DNA from: an uncultured Eubacteriales bacterium
GTDB taxonomy: Bacteria; Bacillota; Clostridia; Christensenellales; UBA1242
DNA length: 24,000 bases
Direction: 5' to 3'
Assembly: GCA_902476355.1 (NCBI GenBank)
Contig: CABSCS010000004.1
Location: 60,808-84,807 of the forward strand
Of the stretch, positions 1 through 6,681 are shown piece by piece. The notes under the pieces were generated by a model. That model did not search any database. It had not been told where the DNA came from and was given only the letters and a program-made list of their open reading frames with translations. Positions within the stretch are counted from its first letter, which is position 1, and each line of letters begins with the position of its first letter. A program made the position numbers and the translations under genes.

Positions 1-119
1 ATAAAGGTCAACATATTTTGCAGAGGAAAGAAGAAAAGCAAATTGTTGAAACAAGAAAACCAGACAAAATCAAACAACCGGCTTCATCTTTGGAAGAAAG
101 CGAACTTGGAGAAGAATAA
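1..119 (+). CDS. 3' end of an upstream gene (partial, product unknown); C-terminus ...KQPASSLEESELGEE*
   Basis: Frame 3 is open from the window edge to TAA at 117-119, and a hairpin plus T-run terminator follows immediately. The listed ORF 43-273 is in another frame and crosses that terminator. Confidence 0.45.
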   Translation, partial: KGQHILQRKEEKQIVETRKPDKIKQPASSLEESELGEE

Positions 120-148
120 AAAGACCCACTTTTGTGGGTTTTTCTTTT
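119..148 (+). terminator. Rho-independent terminator of the upstream gene
   Basis: ACCCAC (124-129) / TTTT loop / GTGGGT (134-139), followed by TTTTTCTTTT. Confidence 0.7.
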
Positions 149-183
149 GCATTTTTTCTGCCTTTTTAATGCAATATTGGGGG

Positions 184-212
184 TTGAAAAAAGGTGACAG
201 GTGTGATATAAT
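184..212 (+). promoter_or_regulatory. Sigma-A-type promoter for the 465-aa orphan gene
   Basis: TTGAAA (184-189), 17-nt spacer, TGaTATAAT (204-212). Confidence 0.6.
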
Positions 213-244
213 AAAGTTACAATTAAATATAAGGATGGTTGAAT

Positions 245-1642
245 ATGGATTCACAAGAAATTTTATTGTCTGAACTTTCAGACGGAGTGAAAGGTTTGAA
301 CCTTTATTTGAACAGTGACGACTCGGGAGAATGGAATCTTCGCAGAGTTAAAAAATTCATTAAAAGTTCAGATTTTGCAAAGCGCGATTTTGTGCTTAAA
401 CGCAAACTTTATATCATGTTTGACCCAAGTCAAAGAGTTTCTTCTGATGTTCTTAAAAAACAAGTTGACCTTTATGTTGACCTTTTGAATGAAGGGTTTG
501 ATGTTGCGAGCGCTTTCCCAGAGTTTGCAGGCTTTATTGAAAACATGTTCAAAACCGACATAAACAAACTCAGTAACGACAAACTTTTTGCAATGCTCCA
601 TGCAATGGACAGACTTAAAAATGAGTGCACAACCGATGTTATAGATGAGTTTGAAACAAAAATTCCACTTCTTTACGCTCAAAATATTGATGACATGACC
701 AATCGTCGTTTGAGCATTTTGATAAACTATATCAAAGATATGGAGTTTGACAACCTTACAATGGAGCAACAAGGCTTTGTGATTGACCTTTTCAATCGAT
801 GTGCTGTTAAAACCGAAACAAGTGACAACAACCGAAATAAACTTTCAACTTCTGATTGGTTCAAAGACAATGTTTCGAACTATTATAGCCAATTCAACAA
901 AGCATTTTTCAATGTTGGATTCTATGAGAATTCACTTCTTGACGAGCCAACAAAAAAAATTCGTTTTAAATATCTTGTGAAATATGCAAACTTGCAGAAT
1001 GCTTTCATAAAACAAATGGAAAATGAGGCGGGTTATTACAGAACAACTGTTGCAAGACATCTTTATCGCAGTTCATCGGACAAGGTTTATGAAACCGCAA
1101 GAAACTGTGCAAGAAATCTCGAAATTCCAACATTTCCAGAATATGACGAATCGTCTTCGTCTTTCAAATATTATTATCTTCGTGAACCACGCGAATATAA
1201 AACCAGCGTAACATCAAAAATGCTTGGAATGTTCCGCTCAATGGTTCGCTATAAATTGTCAGAAGCAAGTTGGACAGGCGACATAAAGTTGTCTGCTCAA
1301 AAACTTTCAGAGTTTGTTTGCACAAACAAAATGAATCATGATGTGATGAAAATCATGGCAGAAAATCAACGTGATGAAGATTTTGTTCATGGCTACAAGC
1401 AACTTGGCGCATGGCTTGTTTCGCTTGTTCACCTTGATGAACTTTCAAGAACTCCGGTTTCTGATTTGATCCCTCCACTGGACAAAAAATTCTTACAAAG
1501 ACCTCAAATGCAAAAAGAACCAGAAAAGCAAACAAGTCCACTTGAAACAACTGTTTTAAAAAAGGTTGAAACAGGTTTTTATGTGAAAGAAAAACAAGGC
1601 CAACAACAACTTTCATTTTTTCAACCAGGCGAAGAAGAATAA
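245..1642 (+). CDS. Hypothetical protein, 465 aa, no signal peptide or recognisable catalytic motif; ends ...QQLSFFQPGEEE*
   Basis: Long uninterrupted ORF. AAGGA at 231-235 lies 9 nt upstream of ATG 245, whereas the track start TTG 239 is too close to the SD. The gene has its own promoter and terminator. Confidence 0.8.
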   Translation: MDSQEILLSELSDGVKGLNLYLNSDDSGEWNLRRVKKFIKSSDFAKRDFVLKRKLYIMFDPSQRVSSDVLKKQVDLYVDLLNEGFDVASAFPEFAGFIENMFKTDINKLSNDKLFAMLHAMDRLKNECTTDVIDEFETKIPLLYAQNIDDMTNRRLSILINYIKDMEFDNLTMEQQGFVIDLFNRCAVKTETSDNNRNKLSTSDWFKDNVSNYYSQFNKAFFNVGFYENSLLDEPTKKIRFKYLVKYANLQNAFIKQMENEAGYYRTTVARHLYRSSSDKVYETARNCARNLEIPTFPEYDESSSSFKYYYLREPREYKTSVTSKMLGMFRSMVRYKLSEASWTGDIKLSAQKLSEFVCTNKMNHDVMKIMAENQRDEDFVHGYKQLGAWLVSLVHLDELSRTPVSDLIPPLDKKFLQRPQMQKEPEKQTSPLETTVLKKVETGFYVKEKQGQQQLSFFQPGEEE

Positions 1643-1646
1643 TTAT

Positions 1647-1673
1647 AAACCACCAAATATTTGGTGGTTTTTT
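1647..1673 (+). terminator. Rho-independent terminator (ACCACCAA/TTGGTGGT family)
   Basis: Perfect palindrome AAACCACCAAAT|ATTTGGTGGTTT (1647-1670) running into a T-run, 5 nt after the stop codon. Confidence 0.8.
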
Positions 1674-1804
1674 ATTGCAAGATAAAGTTTTTGCACTTTT
1701 TGTGAATGTTTAAGTGCATGACAAATAAATTTGGCTTAAAATTGCAATTTAGGGCTTAAAACTGTGAAAAATAAGTGAAATTTTAGTGCAAATTTTGAAA
1801 GTTG

Positions 1805-1813
1805 TGTTATAAT
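1805..1813 (+). promoter_or_regulatory. Extended -10 promoter element placed 6 nt upstream of ATG 1820 (probable leaderless transcript)
   Basis: TGtTATAAT at 1805-1813, then GAAAAC, then ATG 1820. There is no SD-like sequence in between. Confidence 0.5.
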
Positions 1814-1819
1814 GAAAAC

Positions 1820-2734
1820 ATGAAAGAAGTTGAATTTAAACATCATGTTGAACTTGTGAATAATTCAAAAGAAAAAGATTTGTTCGAAAAACATAAAGAT
1901 TATATCCTTGAAGTTGTAAACGAATTTTTATCTAGTTTTGATTTTTCTGCAAATTTGACAATCAGAGTTGAAGACGTTTCAAATGATGCAGAGTTTGTGA
2001 ACGGAGAAGTTTCAGATGCTTTTTCTGGTGTGACAAAATATGGTCATTTTATTGGGCTTTCAAGCATGCTTCTTCGTTTAGCCGAACATGACCAAGGGCT
2101 TCGACTTTGCTCGGCACTTTTTCATGAACTTGCGCATGTTTATGACCACCATCACATTTTGAAAAGTCCATATTGCAAGTTCAATCCAATGAAACTTTCA
2201 CATGAAACTGTTGATGACTTGGTTTTTGCTTGTGGCTATCATTTTTGGACAGAGTTTTTTGCGTATTATAAAACATATTGGCTGTTTGAAGAAAGCAGAG
2301 AGCAATATCCAACTTTTTTAAAAATTGTAAATGCTTATAAAAGTTTGAAAGAAAGGCACGCTGAAATTGATAAGTATATTTGGACAGACCGTAAACGTGT
2401 TGCAAGAAAATGCGCGGGGTTCATAGGCGATGTTGAAGCGTTTATTTATGCTCTTTCAAAGTATATGGCGGGCAATGCAAACAAACGTAAAAGTTATCAA
2501 TATTGCGACAAAACCAAAAACATGAAAGAGTTTGGCGAAGTTGAAACAATTGTGCAAAGGCTATATGCAAAGATTGCTCCAATTTTCACGAATACCTATG
2601 GCAGAGGCATGACAAACAAGATTGGTTGGCTTGGAAACAGCATTATTGTGAATGTTTATAAAAAATTCAATATTTGTCCTGTGCAAGGAAAGAAAAGAGC
2701 ACACTATGCTTTGTATTCGGGAGAGGAAGAATGA
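1820..2734 (+). CDS. HExxH zinc-metallopeptidase-like protein (gluzincin/MA-clan-like), 304 aa, cytoplasmic; ends ...HYALYSGEEE*
   Basis: ALFHELAHVYDHHH, with HELAH encoded at 2123-2137. The downstream WTEFFAYY offers a candidate third-ligand Glu, as in the EGxAxY of MA-clan peptidases. The TTG 1802 start in the track would lie inside the -10 element, so ATG 1820 is preferred. The stop codon overlaps the dtd start (ATGA). Confidence 0.75.
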   Translation: MKEVEFKHHVELVNNSKEKDLFEKHKDYILEVVNEFLSSFDFSANLTIRVEDVSNDAEFVNGEVSDAFSGVTKYGHFIGLSSMLLRLAEHDQGLRLCSALFHELAHVYDHHHILKSPYCKFNPMKLSHETVDDLVFACGYHFWTEFFAYYKTYWLFEESREQYPTFLKIVNAYKSLKERHAEIDKYIWTDRKRVARKCAGFIGDVEAFIYALSKYMAGNANKRKSYQYCDKTKNMKEFGEVETIVQRLYAKIAPIFTNTYGRGMTNKIGWLGNSIIVNVYKKFNICPVQGKKRAHYALYSGEEE

Positions 2735-3165
2735 AGGCGATAATCCAGAAAGTTAAAAAAGCAACCCTTTACAGCGAGGGTGAAAAGTTCAGTGAAATTG
2801 GAAATGGAATGCTTGTTTTGTTTGGAGTTTCGGCAAATGATGATGCATCAAAAGTGAAAGCGTTTGCAGAGAAAATCTTGAAACTTCGCATTTTTGATGA
2901 TGAAAACGGAAAAACAAACAAAAGCATTTTTGACACAAACGGCGAAATTATGGTTGTAAGCAACTTTACTCTTTATGCTTCACTAAAAGGAACAAATCGT
3001 CCAGATTTCATAAATTCTGCAAAGGCTGAAAAAGCAGAAGAAATTTATAATTTGTTTGTGAAAGAACTTTCAAAACAAATCAAAGTGAAAACCGGAGTTT
3101 TTCGAACATATATGGAGATTGAAACCGTTCTTGACGGCCCCGGAACCTATGAATATGAGGTGTAG
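2731..3165 (+). CDS. dtd: D-aminoacyl-tRNA deacylase
   Basis: MKAIIQKVKKATLYSEGEKFSEIGNGMLVLFGVS..., NFTLYA... and the ~145-aa length match Dtd. The start ATG 2731 overlaps the upstream TGA, and GGAGAGGAAGAA just upstream acts as the SD. The track start 2674 is a spurious N-terminal extension. Confidence 0.9.
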   Translation: MKAIIQKVKKATLYSEGEKFSEIGNGMLVLFGVSANDDASKVKAFAEKILKLRIFDDENGKTNKSIFDTNGEIMVVSNFTLYASLKGTNRPDFINSAKAEKAEEIYNLFVKELSKQIKVKTGVFRTYMEIETVLDGPGTYEYEV

Positions 3166-3236
3166 AGCACAAAAACAAAATTGATTTGTCAAAGAAACAA
3201 AATTTTGTTTTAAAACTATTATAATATTGATAATTG

Positions 3237-3268
3237 CAGATAATGTGAAAAACATTGTCTGTTTTGTT
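3237..3268 (+). terminator. Rho-independent terminator after dtd
   Basis: CAGATAATG (3237-3245) / 7-nt loop / CATTGTCTG (3253-3261, one G-U pair), followed by TTTTGTT. Confidence 0.6.
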
Positions 3269-3304
3269 ATCTTGAATAAAAATTTTCAAACCTGTTTTTT
3301 GCGA

Positions 3305-3333
3305 TTGAAAATATTTTGTTGCCATGATATAAT
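3305..3333 (+). promoter_or_regulatory. Sigma-A-type promoter for the YitT-family gene
   Basis: TTGAAA (3305-3310), 17-nt spacer, TGaTATAAT (3325-3333). AAAGGAG at 3341-3347 precedes ATG 3354. Confidence 0.6.
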
Positions 3334-3353
3334 TTGGCTGAAAGGAGAAAAAT

Positions 3354-4430
3354 ATGTATATAAAAGCAAGCAGAAAGTGGCAGTTTACGCTTGAAATTGC
3401 AATGATTGTTCTTGGAACAATTATAATGGGATTTGGGTTCAGTGTTTTTCTTGAACCAAACGAAATTTCAACCGGTGGATTTTCGGCACTTTCAATGGTT
3501 ATCAATGTGTTGTTTGGAAAAATTGGAATAAACAAAATTCCAACATCAGTCATCTATTTGGTGCTCAACATTGGGTTATATTTCTTGGCACTCAAAACTC
3601 TTGGAAAAAGGTTTGCTATAAAGGCGCTCATCGGCATTGTTTCATTTTCACTCAGCATGCAACTTTTTGCACTTATCAAACTTAACCTTTCTTTTGAACT
3701 TTTGGTTTCTGCAATCTATGGCGGAATCATCATGGGGCTTGGCGTTGGCCTTGTTGTTCGCTTTGGTGGCTCAACTGGCGGGTCTGATATGATTGCTTGC
3801 ATCGTGAAAAAGAAAAAGCCCGAAGCAACAATTGGCACACTTATCATTTGCATTGATGCTTTCATCATTCTTTTGTCAACAATCACATTCAGCGACGGCG
3901 TTCGCCTTTTGCCATACACAATCATTGCACTTGTTTTGAGCATGCTTGTTACAGATTTTGTGAATGATGGATACAAGCAAGTTCGTGCGGTGAATATTGT
4001 AACAACAAAACCAGAAGAACTTTCAGGCGCAATCATGGATAAACTTGCAAGAGGTTGCACTTGTTTGCAGGTTAAAGGAATGCACAGCAAAAGTGACCGC
4101 TATCAACTTGTTTGCCTTGTAAGTAAATATCAAATTGGACAGTTGAAATCTATCATCAAAGAAATTGATTCAGAGGCATTTGTATATCTTACAAAAGTAT
4201 CCGAGGTTGTTGGAATTTGGAGTTCGGTTGAAGAAATTCAAAAGGAAACCGAAGGCAAAGATAAAAAAGAAAAACCAAAAAAGAAATCTAAAACAAAAGA
4301 AGGCAAAGTCCAGGTGCAAGAAACAAATAGTGCTGAAAATGTTTTGCCAGAGGAAAATCAACAAGAAACTATTTCTAGGCAAAATGAACAGGAAAATATC
4401 CCCAAAGAAAATGGTGGAGAAGATAAATAA
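3354..4430 (+). CDS. YitT-family (DUF2179-type) integral membrane protein with a ~65-aa Lys/Glu-rich C-terminal extension
   Basis: Multiple TM segments, the ISTGGFSALS and GGSTGGSDM motifs typical of YitT, a soluble C-terminal domain, and then the low-complexity tail ...KDKKEKPKKKSKTKEGK...ENGGEDK*. Confidence 0.85.
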   Translation: MYIKASRKWQFTLEIAMIVLGTIIMGFGFSVFLEPNEISTGGFSALSMVINVLFGKIGINKIPTSVIYLVLNIGLYFLALKTLGKRFAIKALIGIVSFSLSMQLFALIKLNLSFELLVSAIYGGIIMGLGVGLVVRFGGSTGGSDMIACIVKKKKPEATIGTLIICIDAFIILLSTITFSDGVRLLPYTIIALVLSMLVTDFVNDGYKQVRAVNIVTTKPEELSGAIMDKLARGCTCLQVKGMHSKSDRYQLVCLVSKYQIGQLKSIIKEIDSEAFVYLTKVSEVVGIWSSVEEIQKETEGKDKKEKPKKKSKTKEGKVQVQETNSAENVLPEENQQETISRQNEQENIPKENGGEDK

Positions 4431-4451
4431 TTAAATCCAATAAATAAAGTA

Positions 4452-4487
4452 AAAAGGAACACTATTTTGTGTTCCTTTTGTTTTTGT
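4452..4487 (+). terminator. Rho-independent terminator
   Basis: AAAGGAACAC (4453-4462) / TATTTT / GTGTTCCTTT (4469-4478), followed by TGTTTTTGTTT. Confidence 0.8.
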
Positions 4488-4613
4488 TTATGATGTTTAA
4501 AGCGTTATTGATTATGATTGTCAAAGAAATAAAAAAATGTGTAAAGTTTGGAAAAAATAAAAACAAGTTTTGAAGTGTTGAATAATTTATGCAAGAAATG
4601 AAAATATGGATAT

Positions 4614-4835
4614 ATGGTATATTTTTCATATCATGGAGAAATTAGAAAATTGGTGATGAACGGAGAACTTGAAAAAGTGGTTTTTGTTGAAAGATACAAG
4701 CAAATTTCACCTGCACTTGTTTTGTTATTCAAGACGCATACACCAATGCCTGTAAGGCAACACCGGTTTAAAGAATATAAAGAATTTCTTAAAAAATATG
4801 GTTTTGAAGTGGAAATTCCAGATAAATATATGTGA
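4614..4835 (+). CDS. Small hypothetical protein, 73 aa
   Basis: ORF in otherwise empty intergenic space, in the same orientation as its neighbours. The SD is weak and I recognise no motif. Confidence 0.4.
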   Translation: MVYFSYHGEIRKLVMNGELEKVVFVERYKQISPALVLLFKTHTPMPVRQHRFKEYKEFLKKYGFEVEIPDKYM

Positions 4836-4921
4836 TTTGCGTTTTTTTTGTGAACATTATTTTAATTTTTATGAATATTTATTTTTGCTTTGGACAGAAT
4901 TGTTTTTAAAGGAGAAAAAAT

Positions 4922-5344
4922 ATGAAGAAAATTTTAAATGTATTTGCACTTTTGTTTGTTGTTCTTTGTGCTGGGGCATTTGTTGCCTGCGGAACAAACA
5001 ACAAAACAAACTCGGTTTCAGAAGACTTTAAGTTCACCTATGTGAAGGGCAGTGCCGAAAAAACGACAGTAAAAGAAAACTATAACATTAAAATCAATTT
5101 GACAGTTGAAAACCAAAAAGAAGCAGAAAACACTCTTGATGCAACAAAATTTGTGCTTAAACAAGAAGACAAGAAAGTGAACACCACATCAGATTTCATG
5201 GTTGGTGAAGAAAAGAAAGTTACAATTGCTTTTAAAACGACCGAGAAACAAGAAGTGATGCTTTATCTTGTAACAGCAAAAACGCTCACTGGTGAATGCG
5301 TGCTTTATTATGGTGATGTTCAATTATTCAAAGTTGAAGTTTAA
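4922..5344 (+). CDS. Small lipoprotein, 140 aa (possibly a DUF4352-like beta-sandwich)
   Basis: AAAGGAG SD. Signal peptide MKKILNVFALLFVVLCAGAFVAC with the lipobox AFVAC. The mature part is a beta-rich K/E/T sequence. Confidence 0.8.
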   Translation: MKKILNVFALLFVVLCAGAFVACGTNNKTNSVSEDFKFTYVKGSAEKTTVKENYNIKINLTVENQKEAENTLDATKFVLKQEDKKVNTTSDFMVGEEKKVTIAFKTTEKQEVMLYLVTAKTLTGECVLYYGDVQLFKVEV

Positions 5345-5354
5345 AGCGTAAAGA

Positions 5355-5387
5355 CAAAAAACACTATCAAATGATAGTGTTTTTTTA
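5355..5387. terminator. Bidirectional terminator between convergent lipoprotein genes
   Basis: AAAAAACACTATC...GATAGTGTTTTTTT, a hairpin flanked by an A-run and a T-run. Confidence 0.7.
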
Positions 5388-5460
5388 TTGGATTTTTATG
5401 ATTTTTATTTTATATTTGTAAAATTTGCAATAAATTTGTTTTGATTTATACAAATCAATT

Positions 5461-6516
5461 TTAATTTTGAATAATTTTTATGTTTTCAAAAGTTTTGTTT
5501 GTGTCTTTCAAAACGCTTGCAGTTGCACCTTGTTTTTCTATTGTTGCATTTTTCATATCTGATAAAAGAGAAATTGAACCTTTGAGCGCAAAAACATTTT
5601 CGCCAAAGTCGGCCGGTTTGTTTCCTTCAATATAAACGGCTGTTTGCTCATAGATTGGGATTTTGTTCTCATTTTTCTCGGCTGGTTCGTTGCTATTTTT
5701 CAAAACAAAAGTTGCGTTTGATGATGATTGATTGTTGAGCAGTTTGTCAAGAAGATCTTTCGATGAACTTGTCACCATATAGTTGATTTCATATGGTGTT
5801 TTGCTATATTTGATTGAAACAAACTGATTTCCACTTTCTGAAAAAGCAAAAGAATTTTGGCGATATAGATTTTCGTTGTTAAGATTTATGTTTTGAAAAT
5901 TTTCTTTGTCGGAACTTTTCACGATAAGAGCGCCACAAATGCCGTTTTCAGAAGTTTTATAGTTCCCAAATGTGTTGCCTTTCACAATCATTGGCATTGT
6001 GTTTAGCGAGGAGATTTTTCTTGAAAGAATAATTCCGCTTGCACCATCTTCGCTTGTTTTTTCGTCTTTAAGAGAAATGTGATTTTCTTTCACAACAAGA
6101 CCACCATCAACAAGGTTTATTCCGATTTTTGTGTTGTTTTCAAGGCTGTTTTCACTTGTGCCTTGGTGAATAATGTCAAGCCCAGAAATGTTGATTGTAT
6201 CGTTTTCGCCTGTGCTGTTTATTGTGAAAGAACCATAAAATTTAGGGCTTACATTGTTTTGATTTTTCATTCCAACAATAGATAATGGTTTGTTGATAAT
6301 AATGTTGCGATTTTCTGAAACATCGCTATAAACTTTAATAGTGTCGCCACTTTTTGCATTTTTCACGGCGTCGGAAATAGAAGAATAGGAAACATCTTCA
6401 ATTTTAACTTTTGCATTTTCAGAAAAAGAGTTTCGCTTTTTTGAACACGCAGGAAGCCAGACTGATGCACACATGACAGTCAAAAGAAGAATAAAAGTTT
6501 TAAAAATTCTCTGCAT
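5461..6516 (-). CDS. Lipoprotein, 351 aa, possibly a parallel beta-helix repeat protein
   Basis: AGAGGTGAAAAA SD. Signal peptide MQRIFKTFILLLTVMCASVWLPAC with the lipobox LPAC. Repetitive short beta-strand segments rich in N/G/I (GINLVDGGLVVKENHISL, IVKGNTFGNY). Confidence 0.8.
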   Translation of the reverse strand: MQRIFKTFILLLTVMCASVWLPACSKKRNSFSENAKVKIEDVSYSSISDAVKNAKSGDTIKVYSDVSENRNIIINKPLSIVGMKNQNNVSPKFYGSFTINSTGENDTINISGLDIIHQGTSENSLENNTKIGINLVDGGLVVKENHISLKDEKTSEDGASGIILSRKISSLNTMPMIVKGNTFGNYKTSENGICGALIVKSSDKENFQNINLNNENLYRQNSFAFSESGNQFVSIKYSKTPYEINYMVTSSSKDLLDKLLNNQSSSNATFVLKNSNEPAEKNENKIPIYEQTAVYIEGNKPADFGENVFALKGSISLLSDMKNATIEKQGATASVLKDTNKTFENIKIIQN

Positions 6517-6640
6517 TTTTCACCTCTTTAATATTTTGTGAAAAACAAAAGAAAATATGTGTTTTGTTGTGAAATTGCACAAGATAAATATTATTTTTAG
6601 TGTTTAGTTATTGTTTTTGCATTTTTTATTTTGTTTTGAG

Positions 6641-6672
6641 CAAAAAAAGAGAAGCAAATTTGCTTCTCTTTA
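6641..6672 (-). terminator. Rho-independent terminator of typA
   Basis: AGAGAAGCA / AATT / TGCTTCTCT (6648-6669), with a T-run on the minus strand (A-run 6642-6648 on plus). Confidence 0.8.
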
Positions 6673-6681
6673 AATTTGATT

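Noticed and set aside
43-273. 76-aa plus-strand ORF at the window start
   Set aside because: It runs through a clear terminator hairpin (124-139) and the promoter of the next gene. The frame-3 reading that ends at 119 fits the terminator position better.
3195-3210. Perfect 16-bp palindrome AAACAAAATTTTGTTT after dtd
   Set aside because: It is made only of A/T pairs, so it forms neither a stable terminator stem nor a convincing operator. The better terminator is the hairpin at 3237-3268.
3080-3553. 157-aa minus-strand ORF spanning the dtd 3' end, the intergenic region and the YitT start
   Set aside because: It overlaps two well-supported plus-strand genes plus a terminator and a promoter, and it has no SD.
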